DNA from: Vicugna vicugna
Lineage: Eukaryota
Assembly: GCA_013265495.1 (NCBI GenBank)
Contig: MU058233.1
Coordinates: 221,038-285,037, forward strand
DNA length: 64,000 nt
Direction: 5' to 3'
Positions 49,201-57,190 of this stretch are shown here, piece by piece (the first letter of the stretch is position 1; each line of letters starts with the position of its first letter). The notes beneath the pieces are model-generated. The model saw only the letters and a program-made list of their open reading frames with translations. It was not told where the DNA came from and ran no database searches. Made by a program: the position numbers and the translations under genes.

Positions 49201-52200
49201 TGCGGTGTCTGGACACGTAGAGGTCCTTAGCTTGAGGGCATTGGAATTCATCACTTTTTGTTTCTGAAGAGTGCTTTTTTAAGTGTCTGGCTTAAGAAGT
49301 TCTTCCCAAGGTCATGGTGACATTTCCCTGTGTCATTGTCTAAAACCTTTATAACTTTGTTCGCATTCAGCTCTTTAACCTGCCTGAAGTTGGTTTTTGC
49401 AGATAATACAGAAGTAGTTCAGTTAAGTTTTCCATTTGAATGCCTGGTTTTTCTCACACTGCTTGTTAAGGAGTCGCCCCTCCTCTGACTCTCGGTGTGG
49501 CGGGTGTGAGCCACACCTGTCCTGCATGGGCTTGCCTCCTGCACCGCGGCTCTGGTCACTGCTGTCTTCGTCACGCTGGCGAAGTGAAGGGACTCGGCAG
49601 CTCTCCTCCATCTGTCGGGAGCGTCCTGCTTTCCGGGCTGTCTGCACTTCAGTGTTGATTCTGAGTCCCCTCTTAAGTCTGCACGCCACAGTCAGAGCCG
49701 TTGGGGTTTCTGTTAGAGTCGCACTGAGTCTGTAGATCAGTTTAGGGGGCGTCGATGTTTTCAGAGTCGTGACTTCACAGTCACCAACATGATGCATCGT
49801 TCGGTGTTTCGTTTGTCTTTAATGCCCTTTCATGAAGTTTTCTTATCTTTTCCACAAAGACCTGATGGCGTGTGTTGGAGTTACTCCTGGGCAGTCGGCA
49901 TTTCTGCTGCTCTCCCTGAGGGGCCTGTTTCCATCTGTCTCTCCCGTACTCTGATGTTCGCATCCCGCCGTCAGTTGTCCGCGGGCTCCTCCGCGTCCCT
50001 CTGGGTTGATGGCACTGCCTGTGGGTCCCGGTGGCCAGCGTCTTCCTCCTCCTCCTTCTCTTCTCCGTTCTGTCTCGCTGTGCCAGGAGGCCTGCGGGTG
50101 CGTGACGGCGCAGACAGGCCGCTGCCCCACACGCCTTCCCCGGGCCATTCTGCAGGGTCGGGTTTTTAAATCGCCCTTTGGCACACCAAGAAACTCCCTT
50201 TTCTGTCTGGTTTGCTGCAGGGTGGCATTCCTTTTGCTGTGGGGTCTGTCTTTTCACTAACCCTCTGTCTGCGCCCTCCCAGGCAGGGCTCCCCCGTCTC
50301 CCAGCTGCAGCCCAGCCCGGTGCCCACGAGTCCAGGCCCAGGTCGCAGCCGGTTGCCCTCCCTGCTCAGTTTAATCTGAGCTGCCTCTGAACGGGTCCCC
50401 AAGGCGTGAGCCCAGGCACCTGAGCCCCCCTCCAGCACAGGAAGTCCGACCAGGCCAGCCCCGTGGGCCTCCACTCTCTGCCCTGCACTCCAGGCCCAGC
50501 TGTCAGGGGCCTGTGGTGATGGGCTGGCGTGACCTTGCGGCGGGGCTGGCGTGGCCATGCGGTTGTCTTGTCCCTTCTGGGTCACCTTGGTGTTGCTGCG
50601 CCTGCCGACCTGTTCGGGCAGCTGCCGAGACAGCGCATCAGCCTGTCTCGGCCTGGCTGTGGCTTTGTTTGTTTCCCTTCTTATGTGAGATACTTTATTA
50701 TGAGCTACGTGTAAATGGAAACTTTTATTATTTTGAAGAATGTCTGGTCCCCAGCCTGTGTTGCCCACACAGAGACCTTGGCGGCCCATGTGAGACTTCC
50801 CTGTGCGTCCCCCGCCTTTGTGTCTCTGGTCCGCGTCCCTGACTCTCGCTCTTCACAGAGGCGGCTGGAAGGTGGCGGCTGTCACTGGCATCCAGGGCCT
50901 TGGTTCTGGTCTCACTTGACCCGTTGGCTCACCCTTGTGGGGGCGCCCAGTACAGCGTCCTGTAGCTCCCGTCCTGTTCGGGTTTCGGCTTCTTCTACTT
51001 GCTTTCCGTCCTTTCCTGCCTTCCCTTAACGCCGCTCAGGTATTTGTCGTTCTGTTCTTCCCTTCTCTGCTGCTTTGAAAATTACGTGTTTCTTCCTGTC
51101 CTGTAAGCGCAGGTGCAGAGTTTCTCTGCCAAGCGGAGTGCACGCGGTTCCCGGCCCCTGGTCTGCCGCCCCGCCCCTTCCCCGGCCCCTGGGCCCACAT
51201 GCTGCTGTGACCATGCCGTACCCTCCTGTCCCATTTCATCATCACTTTGTACATAAAACTACTTTTCTTCTGTTTGAGGTACATCCTTCGGAATTTCCTG
51301 TAGTGTTGAAAATGCCTGTGTCTCACCCCTGCTCCTGAAAGGTGCTGATTCTGTTAGACCTTTACCTCCTCCGCATGTTAGCAGCCCCGCCGCGTCCCGT
51401 CCTGCTTACCTGGTGGGTGAGACGCCAGCTGTTTGCCGCCTGCTGCTGCCTCGACAGTCGTCTTCCTCCCTCTTGCCTTTTGACGTCTGCCCTTTGTCTC
51501 TGGTGCCTTGTCAGCCCCGGGGTGCTCCAGCTGGGTTTGCTGATCTTCTGGAATCTGGGCATTGGCTTCTTTCATTGTTAGGAAGTGACCAGCTGCTGCG
51601 TCTTCGGATGCCGCCTCTGCCCCCTTCCCGAGCCTGCCTTCCGCGTGTCCGGGCTTGTCCGTTTCCCTTGCCGTGTCTCTGCTGCACCCTGAGTAATGTC
51701 CTCCAGCCCACGCCCCTGCGTTCTCTTCGGTCACATCTAGTCTGCTGTTAAGCTCGTCCATGGAATTTCGATTGTGGTGATTATAAGTATTTTATTCTGA
51801 GGCATTCTGTTTGTCTTTATCTCAAATCTGCTTTGCGTCTGCAGTTCCTTGTTCTGCCCGCGTTTTCAGGCCGCACAGAGTGGCACACTGCGTTGTGTGT
51901 GCCTGGTAACTCCTGTTGGAAGTCGTGATGCATCTGATTTTACTTTTTTCTACCGTTCTTGCTTCAGGACCTCTGGGGGTTTTGTCTCTGTCGTAGTTGT
52001 TTTCTCGTGAGCTGGTTTTCCTTGAAGTTCTGCTTGTGGCAAGGCTCTGAGGTCTGGGTTGAAGGTGGGTTCTTGCTTCTGCTGGGCTCCCATGAGCACG
52101 CTGGGGACCACGTCAGCTTTGGTATCTCTCAGTCCAGGTCTCCTCCTGCCCTGCCCGGCCCTGGCCCGAGGCAGGCGACTTTCTCGCAGACCTTTGAGTG

Positions 52201-54548
52201 ACAGGATCACAGCTGCGAGGGGCGTCGCATGGCCCTCCCCTTAGCTGCTCCTGAGAGCAGGTGCAGACTTGGTCTCTTGTCTGCCGCCCTGGGAGACTGT
52301 GAACCCCGGTGCAAGGCTCCCGCGCAGCACGTGGGGCGCCCTCCGCGTGGCCCGGATCCCTGCTGTTGCTCAGGGTTTGGAGCCCGGAGCTCTGCACTCA
52401 TGCAAGTTATCGATGCACTTAAGATGTCACCTTAGTCTTACCTGTGGTGTCTCAGCTTTGCAGTGGCTGCCAGTCTCAGGTGTGGCCCTTGAGCCTGCGG
52501 TGGTGTCTGCTTCCCATCAGAGGAACGCGCGGGGCTCAGCCAGGTGTTCTCGCCTCAGTGAATCCGGTTTACAGGATTTTAAGTTACGATAAACTAGTGA
52601 ATGGCTTCTGATTAACCTCAGTTTCCATAATGAGAACTTAGTTGACTCAGAGCTTGTCATTTACATAATGCAATTTCACATGTTCTCCAAGTTATCTTGG
52701 GCAAGACTTTATTTCCATCCCTGTTCTATCGATTAGTAGACCCGGGGTGGAGGGTGGCTTCGCGGCCTCCAGCACCTTCTGCGATCCGGTGCCCCCGCCG
52801 CCCCGAGGGGGCACAGTGGCCCCTTATCACATCAAGGCAGCGATGTATGCTTGTCTGCAAAAAGTGACCACAGGGTGGGCAGCTCTGCTTTCTAAGGGGG
52901 AAGATCTCAATCATGATGAAGAAAAACGTAGAAAAATGATACAATAACAACTTGAACATTTTGGCACACCTGCGGATGAGGGCCAAGCCCTGGTATTGGT
53001 CTGAGCCAGTTCACGGTGGGGGCGCCTCCTGGAACGCCCGCCACCCGGACTTGAAGATGAGCTGCTGAAATATCTCACTTCCTCTTCAATTGAATTCTCT
53101 CATGTCAACTTCGAGTAGTTTTTGAAAGAAAAATGTGACGATCTGAAACATGAGGCCAAAGATGAGCTTCCAGTTACGTGTGATTACGGATCAGGAAGGC
53201 GGTTGCTGTTCGGCGTGAAGGTGGACTGACCGGCCCTCCCGGGCTCCGGGCAGTGCACCTTGAGAGGAGCTCCTTTGTGTCACCTGACCCTGGTTTATTT
53301 GGGGTTTTTTGGTGTTAAGAACCGAGAAGTATTTTGAATTCCACATTTGGCTTTTCTTCTGTTTTGTCAAAGGTCGCGAAACTTCCTCAAGTCATGCAGC
53401 AGCAAACGCCCGTGGCCGGCATCCAGCAGGCGGCCTCCGCTCCCCAGCAGGTAGGACCCGGGCTCGCGTGGCTCTTGGGAAGTCCCCACAGTTCTGGGTG
53501 TCCAGCCAGAGGGGGTCAAATCTGAGTTATTAGAAAATCACTTTTGATTTTCACAATACAGAAAAAAAGTAACTTTGGGGAAAACACTTGATATCCTTAG
53601 ACTAGCAAGAAAAAAAACCAAGCAGATGTGCACAGATGCAGTGTCACGTGAGCTGCAGGGGCTCCTTCAGTCGCTCATCTCAGGTGCGTCCTCTCGGCTG
53701 AGGCCCCTCACCTTCGTTCTGGGAAGACAGAGAGAGGAAACAGTGCTCGCAGCAACTGTGGGTCTAGGAGTGGAAGTGCCCCGGGGGCAGCGTGGCTTCC
53801 AGCTTCTTACCATTTTACTTGCTTCTCCGAAATGTGACTGTGTGTAAAAGTAGTGCTTTAACATAATTTACAAAGCGTGTGCTTAGCGTACCTGAGGTCC
53901 TGGGTTCAATCCCCAGCACTTCTGTTAAAAAAAAAATTTAATTTGCTCAAAATCACACTGGCATATAGATTTCAAGAAACCATATAGTGTTAAAAACTGA
54001 CCCCACCCCCCAGCCAGTCCCCAGACGCCAGCCTGGGCCTTCTCCCAGAGGCATCTGCTTTTAGTGTAAAAGCAACAATAGTTTAGTTTTATACTTTTGT
54101 TTGGTTGGAAACCAGAGGTCGTATTTTGAGATATCGGCAGTTTTTACATTTCACAGAGGCATTTATGCCGGTGAAGTTGCTGAGACTCGTCCCCCAACCC
54201 CAGGAATGTTTAATTTGTCATGTCAGGCACATCACTTGAGCTACGTTTTCTAGGCCACGTGTTTCTGTTTTGGGTCAGGCTTCCCCGCAGACCGTGACCC
54301 TCACCCAGGCGTCGGCAGCCGGACAGCAGGTCCAGATGATCCCCGCGGTGACGGCGACGGCGCAAGTGGTCCAGCAGAAGCTCCTGCAGCAGCAGGTGGT
54401 GACCACGGCGGCCCAGCTGCAGACCCCCGGGGTGCCCACCCCGGCCCAGGTGCCAGCCAGCTCCGAGAGCCCCGGCCAGCAGCCCAAGCTGCAGATGAGA
54501 GTCCCTGCCGTCCGGCTGAAGACGCCCACCAAACCTCCCTGCCCCTAG
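1173..54548 (+). CDS. EP400: EP400 (E1A-binding protein p400), 5'-truncated by the window; 41 coding exons traced (probably human exons 13-53), stop TAG at 54546-54548
   Basis: Spliced translation matches remembered EP400 peptides throughout: [26 protein letters not shown], split SNF2 ATPase with long insertion, SANT-like [20 protein letters not shown]-rich C-terminus ending [21 protein letters not shown] introns with consistent phases except two lesions (see findings). Confidence 0.99.
2211..2401 (+). CDS. EP400: EP400 window exon 2 ([13 protein letters not shown]...SARISTA)
   Basis: ttggcAG / GTgagg, 191 nt, phase 1-0; [16 protein letters not shown]. Confidence 0.96.
2659..2836 (+). CDS. 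EP400: EP400 window exon 3: start of SNF2 ATPase lobe 1 (Q motif LRDYQ, motif I GLGKT)
   Basis: gtgcAG / GTgaga, 178 nt, phase 0-1. Confidence 0.97.
4921..5925 (-). mobile_element. LINE-1 fragment (ORF2 C-terminus plus 3'UTR), antisense to EP400
   Basis: ORF 5250-5465(-) [24 protein letters not shown]...YYSAIKKN...ATWMDME resembles the L1 ORF2 C-terminal segment; typical L1 3'UTR text; boundaries approximate. Confidence 0.9.
6515..6651 (+). CDS. EP400: EP400 window exon 4 ([30 protein letters not shown]...)
   Basis: ctttgaAG / GTgtgt, 137 nt, phase 1-0; motif Ia. Confidence 0.97.
7634..7803 (+). CDS. EP400: EP400 window exon 5 (Walker B-type DEMQ)
   Basis: ccgcAG / GTctgg, 170 nt, phase 0-2; [15 protein letters not shown]...[11 protein letters not shown]. 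Confidence 0.97.
8053..8227 (+). CDS. EP400: EP400 window exon 6 ([20 protein letters not shown]...HKVVIRLHR)
   Basis: gttcAG / GTacgc, 175 nt, phase 2-0. Confidence 0.97.
8321..8457 (+). CDS. EP400: EP400 window exon 7 ([18 protein letters not shown]...EDVILQPG)
   Basis: ttttcAG / GTgagt, 137 nt, phase 0-2. Confidence 0.97.
9090..9170 (+). mobile_element. MIR-like SINE fragment
   Basis: tataaaatgagggta...gagggttgtgttgttaagg resembles the MIR core. Confidence 0.4.
10230..10620. mobile_element. Possible old L2-like fragment
   Basis: CT-rich text resembling L2 (ctctctccctgtacc...ggtgacctcacctag); heavily diverged. Confidence 0.3.
10901..11087 (+). CDS. EP400: EP400 window exon 8 ([10 protein letters not shown]...[14 protein letters not shown]...DFWK)
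   Basis: gtgcAG / GTaaag, 187 nt, phase 2-0. Confidence 0.97.
11411..11462. repeat. Alternating purine-pyrimidine (TG/CA/CG) tract
   Basis: tgtgtgcatgtgcgtgcgtgcatgtgtgcacatgcacatgtgtgcgcacgtg. Confidence 0.85.
12416..12582 (+). CDS. EP400: EP400 window exon 9 ([28 protein letters not shown]...LKPSR)
   Basis: tccgtAG / GTgtgt, 167 nt, phase 0-2. Confidence 0.96.
13916..14079 (+). CDS. EP400: EP400 window exon 10 ([19 protein letters not shown]...FSANPDAK)
   Basis: gtctAG / GTatgc, 164 nt, phase 2-1. Confidence 0.96.
14870..15075 (+). CDS. EP400: EP400 window exon 11, insertion domain; frameshifted near 15000 as assembled
   Basis: ttgcAG / GTaagt; 5' half [13 protein letters not shown] in frame 1, 3' half [24 protein letters not shown] in frame 3; 206 nt is incompatible with the required phase 1-1. 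Confidence 0.9.
16849..17013 (+). CDS. EP400: EP400 window exon 12 ([12 protein letters not shown]...[11 protein letters not shown])
   Basis: ttctgcAG / GTgaga, 165 nt, phase 1-1. Confidence 0.96.
17415..17500 (-). mobile_element. tRNA-derived SINE (camelid Vic-1-like)
   Basis: Reverse complement carries A box (tacagttcaatggcagagc), B box (gggttcaattccc) and A tail. Confidence 0.85.
18383..18544 (+). CDS. EP400: EP400 window exon 13 ([12 protein letters not shown]...APVTPP)
   Basis: attgcAG / GTaggg, 162 nt, phase 1-1. Confidence 0.96.
19668..19762 (+). CDS. EP400: EP400 window exon 14 ([10 protein letters not shown]...ASPIGGPTQ)
   Basis: tttgtAG / GTacgg, 95 nt, phase 1-0. Confidence 0.95.
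19782..19817 (+). repeat. Tandem 8-mer (CCCCAGCG) x ~4.5
   Basis: ccccagcg repeated four times, then cccc; 20 nt after the donor at 19763. Confidence 0.9.
20235..20506 (+). CDS. EP400: EP400 window exon 15 ([15 protein letters not shown]...ESLQDVIDR)
   Basis: ccataaAG / GTaagg, 272 nt, phase 0-2. Confidence 0.96.
22541..22668 (-). mobile_element. tRNA-derived SINE (camelid Vic-1-like)
   Basis: Reverse complement ggggagggcacagctcagtggtaaagggcacacttagcaagcacaaggtcctgggttcaatcccca...aaataaacctaattacctgcccc. Confidence 0.9.
23307..23324. repeat. (TG)9 microsatellite
   Basis: Direct reading of the sequence. Confidence 0.9.
24644..24846 (+). CDS. EP400: EP400 window exon 16 ([10 protein letters not shown]...[11 protein letters not shown])
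   Basis: ttctcAG / GTatgg, 203 nt, phase 2-1. Confidence 0.96.
24929..25098 (+). CDS. EP400: EP400 window exon 17: ATPase lobe 2 ([26 protein letters not shown]..., motif IV)
   Basis: ttcctAG / GTgagg, 170 nt, phase 1-0. Confidence 0.97.
26092..26224 (+). ncRNA. SNORA49: H/ACA box snoRNA SNORA49 (ACA49) ortholog, intronic in EP400
   Basis: Two-hairpin architecture: ccctcag(26094-26100)/ctgaggg(26144-26150), gggcact/agtgccc, cccca/tgggg; H box AGAGCA 26159-26164; ACA 26219-26221 followed by 3 nt. Resembles remembered human SNORA49, whose host gene is EP400. Confidence 0.9.
26446..26642 (+). CDS. EP400: EP400 window exon 18: motifs V-VI ([22 protein letters not shown]...QEWCDRIGR)
   Basis: ccacAG / GTgggc, 197 nt, phase 0-2. 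Confidence 0.97.
28072..28183 (+). CDS. EP400: EP400 window exon 19 ([19 protein letters not shown]...AFLTQ)
   Basis: ctcgtAG / GTaccc, 112 nt, phase 2-0. Confidence 0.97.
28281..28424 (+). CDS. EP400: EP400 window exon 20 (RTIQELFE...IARPFIE)
   Basis: tttccAG / GTaagg, 144 nt, phase 0-0. Confidence 0.97.
28850..30100 (-). mobile_element. Old antisense L1 fragments
   Basis: ORF 29894-30076(-) QPYLTLYT...DRSSK resembles L1 ORF2 DPYLTPYTKINSKWIKD; L1ME-type 3' text nearby. Confidence 0.6.
30630..30770 (+). CDS. EP400: EP400 window exon 21 ([11 protein letters not shown]...[15 protein letters not shown])
   Basis: tcctcAG / GTttgg, 141 nt, phase 0-0. Confidence 0.95.
30980..31063 (+). CDS. EP400: EP400 window exon 22 ([16 protein letters not shown]...SSE)
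   Basis: gaaacAG / GTaaga, 84 nt, phase 0-0. Confidence 0.96.
31348..31482 (+). CDS. EP400: EP400 window exon 23 ([11 protein letters not shown]...[12 protein letters not shown])
   Basis: cgccAG / GTaggt, 135 nt, phase 0-0. Confidence 0.95.
31680..31724 (+). CDS. EP400: EP400 window exon 24, 45-nt small exon ([15 protein letters not shown])
   Basis: cccgcAG / GTgagt, phase 0-0. Confidence 0.94.
31730..31954. repeat. Pyrimidine-rich degenerate minisatellite (~CCCCATCCTC units)
   Basis: About 225 nt almost only C/T with recurrent ccccatcc; no AG dinucleotide between 31729 and 31953. Confidence 0.9.
31989..32142 (+). CDS. EP400: EP400 window exon 25 ([17 protein letters not shown]...HKTDPS)
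   Basis: catgcAG / GTgggc, 154 nt, phase 0-1. Confidence 0.97.
32308..32549 (+). CDS. EP400: EP400 window exon 26 (AGRKKKQRH basic NLS-like...[18 protein letters not shown] start)
   Basis: gctcAG / GTgagc, 242 nt, phase 1-0. Confidence 0.97.
32657..32830 (+). CDS. EP400: EP400 window exon 27: SANT/Myb-like domain (AVKQLLELP...WDLVSDVV...KQCRARY)
   Basis: ccctAG / GTgagg, 174 nt, phase 0-0. Confidence 0.97.
33655..33791 (+). CDS. EP400: EP400 window exon 28 ([16 protein letters not shown]...KRSPPIKPL)
   Basis: ttccAG / GTacgc, 137 nt, phase 0-2. Confidence 0.96.
33924..33980 (+). CDS. EP400: EP400 window exon 29 ([19 protein letters not shown])
   Basis: ctgcAG / GTattt, 57 nt, phase 2-2. 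Confidence 0.96.
35349..35445 (-). mobile_element. tRNA-derived SINE (camelid Vic-1-like)
   Basis: Reverse complement tacagctcagtggcagagtgcctggttagcatgcacgaagttctgggttcaaccccca. Confidence 0.88.
35791..35869 (+). CDS. EP400: EP400 window exon 30 ([26 protein letters not shown])
   Basis: tctttAG / GTgtgg, 79 nt, phase 2-0. Confidence 0.95.
35914..36120 (+). CDS. EP400: EP400 window exon 31, Pro/Gln-rich; 5' boundary missing as assembled
   Basis: [30 protein letters not shown]...[11 protein letters not shown], donor GTgaga at 36121; no normal acceptor and no codons for the human-like ALADQQKAQQPAVAQ. Confidence 0.85.
36939..36984 (+). CDS. EP400: EP400 window exon 32 ([15 protein letters not shown]), NAGNAG acceptor
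   Basis: ttcAGcAG / GTaaga, 46 nt, phase 0-1. Confidence 0.93.
37058..37167 (+). CDS. EP400: EP400 window exon 33 ([16 protein letters not shown]...PVAPGALT)
   Basis: tctgcAG / GTgagt, 110 nt, phase 1-0. Confidence 0.96.
37640..39200 (+). mobile_element. Old sense-strand L1 3' fragment (L1M-type), interrupted by a SINE
   Basis: aaaactagagaacttctagaagaaaacatagga...gcaaagatttcttag, ttaccgtacacttag...ttccccaagaggaacgaaaacacagg are L1 ORF2/3'UTR-like. Confidence 0.8.
38303..38490 (+). mobile_element. Full-length tRNA-derived SINE with 14-bp target-site duplication
   Basis: gaggagggtatagctcagtggtagagtatgtgcttagcatgcatgaggtcctgggttccatcccca, tail taaacttaattacctcccc plus A-rich end; TSD aaagagtcttcagt (38289-38302) / aaagattcttcagt (38491-38504). 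Confidence 0.95.
39950..42270 (+). mobile_element. Old sense-strand L1 5'/ORF1 region through the ORF2 start
   Basis: gaagagagacttagtgaactggaagg (ORF1 coiled-coil-like), aagggtaaaataaaaaacatttc (ORF1 C-term-like); decayed, boundaries approximate. Confidence 0.65.
41974..42093 (+). mobile_element. tRNA-derived SINE (camelid Vic-1-like), diverged
   Basis: gggcagagctcagtg...aaggtcctgggttccatccccagtgcctct...aacctaattacctctccc. Confidence 0.85.
42763..42970 (+). CDS. EP400: EP400 window exon 34 ([14 protein letters not shown]...LVTQVSQ)
   Basis: tttccAG / GTaagg, 208 nt, phase 0-1. Confidence 0.96.
43101..43276 (+). CDS. EP400: EP400 window exon 35 with polyQ (HFQLLR-Q9-PQ...VGKLTP)
   Basis: cttccAG / GTgagc, 176 nt, phase 1-0. 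Confidence 0.97.
43160..43186 (+). repeat. EP400: Coding (CAG)9, uninterrupted, encoding polyQ
   Basis: Nine consecutive CAG codons in exon 43101-43276. Confidence 0.97.
44863..45081 (+). CDS. EP400: EP400 window exon 36 ([12 protein letters not shown]...ANLQVARL)
   Basis: gtttcAG / GTaagt, 219 nt, phase 0-0. Confidence 0.96.
45765..45831. mobile_element. MIR fragment
   Basis: caggtgcagaaatggaggcacgcagcctcaagtaacttgcccagggctgcagctag matches the MIR core motif aagtaacttgcccaagg. Confidence 0.75.
46820..47015 (+). CDS. EP400: EP400 window exon 37 ([13 protein letters not shown]...IGQPQKAT)
   Basis: tgtctAG / GTgcgt, 196 nt, phase 0-1. Confidence 0.96.
47306..47455 (+). repeat. Intronic minisatellite, 8 units CCTGAYGGGGG(TG)nC of 16-24 bp
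   Basis: Unit starts at 47306, 47322, 47346, 47362, 47380, 47404, 47426, 47444; variable internal (TG)n. Confidence 0.95.
47496..47620 (+). CDS. EP400: EP400 window exon 38 ([20 protein letters not shown]...AVQQK)
   Basis: ccgcAG / GTactg, 125 nt, phase 1-0. Confidence 0.96.
48591..48737 (+). CDS. EP400: EP400 window exon 39 (ITAQQI...QVQTQIQ)
   Basis: cccacAG / GTgagc, 147 nt, phase 0-0. Confidence 0.96.
49250..49900 (-). mobile_element. Old antisense L1 ORF2 fragment
   Basis: ORF 49423-49797(-) [15 protein letters not shown] resembles L1 ORF2 VKMSILPKLIYRFNA. Confidence 0.75.
51000..52100 (-). mobile_element. Old antisense L1 ORF1-region fragment
   Basis: ORF 51378-51761(-) begins [13 protein letters not shown], like the L1 ORF1 coiled coil. 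Confidence 0.65.
53373..53450 (+). CDS. EP400: EP400 window exon 40 ([26 protein letters not shown])
   Basis: gtcaaAG / GTagga, 78 nt, phase 0-0. Confidence 0.96.
53871..53936 (+). mobile_element. 5'-truncated tRNA-derived SINE
   Basis: gtgtgcttagcgtacctgaggtcctgggttcaatccccagcacttctgttaaaaaaaaaa. Confidence 0.85.
54279..54548 (+). CDS. EP400: EP400 terminal coding exon ([10 protein letters not shown]...KTPTKPPCP*)
   Basis: ggtcAG acceptor, 270 nt to TAG. Confidence 0.97.
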   Translation, partial: ASPQTVTLTQASAAGQQVQMIPAVTATAQVVQQKLLQQQVVTTAAQLQTPGVPTPAQVPASSESPGQQPKLQMRVPAVRLKTPTKPPCP

Positions 54549-57190
54549 TCGGGAAGGCAGGCGGGGCGGCCCCCGCGTGTCCCGCCGGCCAGCCAGGACG
54601 GGGTCGATTTTGCATACTGAACCGTGGGACCGCGTTACCCGAGAGGTCCGGCAGCTGTAGCACTGGTCCTCCGCCAGCGTCCCCTTTCCGGGGTTATGTG
54701 ACTGAAAGTGACAGTGACAACTTTTCCTAGATTGTTTTACGTTTTAGTTTCTCCTCCAGAGCAACAGTGCTGGGCCTTGAAAGCCATGTAGAATTCCTGT
54801 TAGTGCACAGTTCTGCACATCACAAGTAGCCATCTGGAATGTGCAGTGAGTCATAAAACGGACTTTGTGAAGCTAAAATGTGGTCTTTGACAGCATCTGC
54901 CTCTGCTTGGTTCTTTATACCGAATCAAAAATGCGTCACGGTCCCTGGAGAGGAGAAACTGATGGAGGCAGATCATCTCAGATCAGAGAAAATCAACGTG
55001 GCTTCTTCCCGCGTAAGATGTGGCTTGTTTGGACTTTTAAAGGAGGTATTCAGTGCTGATAGGCATTGAAGCACCTTCGTGACATGGCCCCACGAAGGGG
55101 AATGACCTGCGTTTGAATCTTCATCCCCAAGAGCAGCTGGCCTGGCGTCCCCAGAGTGACCTGTTGCCGGGCAGGCGGGCAGAACCTGGGCCGGCTCCCC
55201 ATCCCCGCGCACCCACTGTGTTTCCCGGATCTCGGATGCACTTGTGTGTGGACTTCGTGCCCTGAGGCAGCTCCAGAACTGCTTCATGAGGCTCCCGTCC
55301 GGGGGTGGTTCGGGCCGGGTGAGCACTGTTCCGTCGAGGGGCGCTGCCATGGGCGGCGAGGTGGACACTCGGCAAGGGCGGTCCTGCCCGTCCCGCCCCT
55401 TTGCTTCCGTGACCCGCGGGAGTGAGACGCCTCCTTGTACAGGTGGCTCGTGTGCGAGCCTGCGCAGTATTAGCCACGACAGTGGGCCTGATAACTCCTC
55501 ACCCAGACTCAGGCTTCCTGCCTGCCAGGCCCTCCCGTGGGCGGGCGGGCTGCCGCCGGTTCTGAGTGGAGGAAGTGGAGAGCCGTCTGGGCGCTTGGGG
55601 CTGCGGGCACAGGGGAGAACCTGGGTTTGCAGCTGTGTTCCTGTTGTCGCTGCGGCCGGGTGACAAGCTGCTGTGTGGACTTCGCTGGCCGGTGATGCTT
55701 GCTTACCGGGAAGTTTCCGCCCACCCCCTGCGCTGTCTCCATGCCCCTGGACGATTTCGGTCCAGGAGGTCAGGCTATGTTAGGTCTGTGTGTAGTAAGG
55801 GTCAGTTCCGGCATACTGAGAGACTTTAAATTCTTAATTTTAGTCAGTCTGTTTCCTCCCCCATCACATCACTTGAACAGACGCTAAGGAAAGGGTTCTG
55901 TCCTGTGGTTTTTGTTTCTCGTCAGTCTGTGTGGTGGTTGATGTCTTAGTGAAGCCAACTGGGCATCTCATTTCTGAGTTCTTGGTGAGAAATTTGGGTA
56001 AAAGTAAAAATCAGGTGTTAGGAGAGGAAAGGACTTAACATTCTGGTTAATTGAACACATCACAACAGAGCGCTGCAGTGGGCTTCCTAACCTGCCCATT
56101 GTGGTTGGGCGCGTGCCGCCGTGGGAAGGCCCGGCGTGCGGGGTGGCTCTCTGGGCACCAAGGCAAGTTCCTACTCTTTGTTTTAATCCTCAAATGTGCA
56201 GAACTACAGAGGAGCCCTTTCTGCAGCGTATTTTCACCTGGGCACCCGCTGCTTTCCCTCTTGCCCGTCGTGGGTGCTGATGCCTCTCTTCAGACGATGG
56301 GGAGACGTGCGTGCACGTGCAGACTGTCCTAACGTGGGTGCCCGGGAAGAAGTCCTCTGTTAACCTAGAGCCCTAGAAAGGAGTTTAGGAACCTCTCTCA
56401 AAAGCTTTCTAAGAGAACAGAGCTGGGGGTTCTGAATATTTGCATTGTGGGGCTCCTGCTGTATCGTATTATGTGAGTGAAAGAGTTATTTTCTCCAGTG
56501 ATTCCCTAACGCAGAAAATGGAACCGAAAATAGTTTACTTGTATCCCCCAGTAACATCTAGACGTCACCACTGCCCTTGTAGCCTTCGATAGTGTCGTTT
56601 AAGTAAGGGCCCTCCTCCCAGTGTGTGCTGTTCTCTTGGCCTTCGTTTTAAAAGTTAAACTGTCCATATTTAAGAATTAAGTGTGAGTTTAGGAAGTGGT
56701 TGTCGGGGCTTTCTCAGATTCTTCTCGTTGGCAGAATCGCATGTTACCTAGCGGGACCCGACCTACTGGGCCCCTCCCCAGTCCTGTGGTGACGGCTGGG
56801 GGAATCTGCGGCTCATAAAACAAGGACTGCAGCCAAGACACCGTCAGCCTGAAACTGGCCACCGTGGAGGCAGTCACCCGGGTTTTCTGTGATTCAGAGA
56901 TGTTTCTCCCACGGAGGCCAGTCTTTGAGGACCCGTGGGCGGGAGTTTGGCTCGCGCGCACGTCACGTCCGATGCCTCCCGGGGCCGAGGCTCCCTTCCC
57001 GTCTTCCTGGTGTTCTGTCGGCCGTTGTAACCGGACAGGTGTCACGTTCTAAGGTATAAACGAGTAAGACTGGACCTGTAAATACTTTGTAAACATGACC
57101 ATTTGTACTTGAACAGTAGGGTTTTAAAGGGCACTGATACCCCGCCAAACAAAAGGTGAATAAATTGACCTTTTTATAAGCTCTTTTTTG
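54549..57190 (+). other. EP400: EP400 3'UTR (~2.6 kb, end approximate)
   Basis: Runs from the stop codon to the AATAAA at 57159, which is followed by a U-rich tract. Confidence 0.7.
57159..57164 (+). terminator. EP400 polyadenylation signal AATAAA
   Basis: AATAAA with three upstream UGUA motifs (57077, 57088, 57104) and downstream ctcttttttgtctttc. Confidence 0.75.

Noticed and set aside
52914-53004. ATGATGA...CTGA pair as a possible C/D snoRNA
   Set aside because: There is no terminal stem and no convincing D'/C' boxes. Such pairs arise by chance.
1173-54548. U12-type or non-GT introns
   Set aside because: Every traced donor is GT without the GTATCCTT signature, and all identifiable acceptors are AG.
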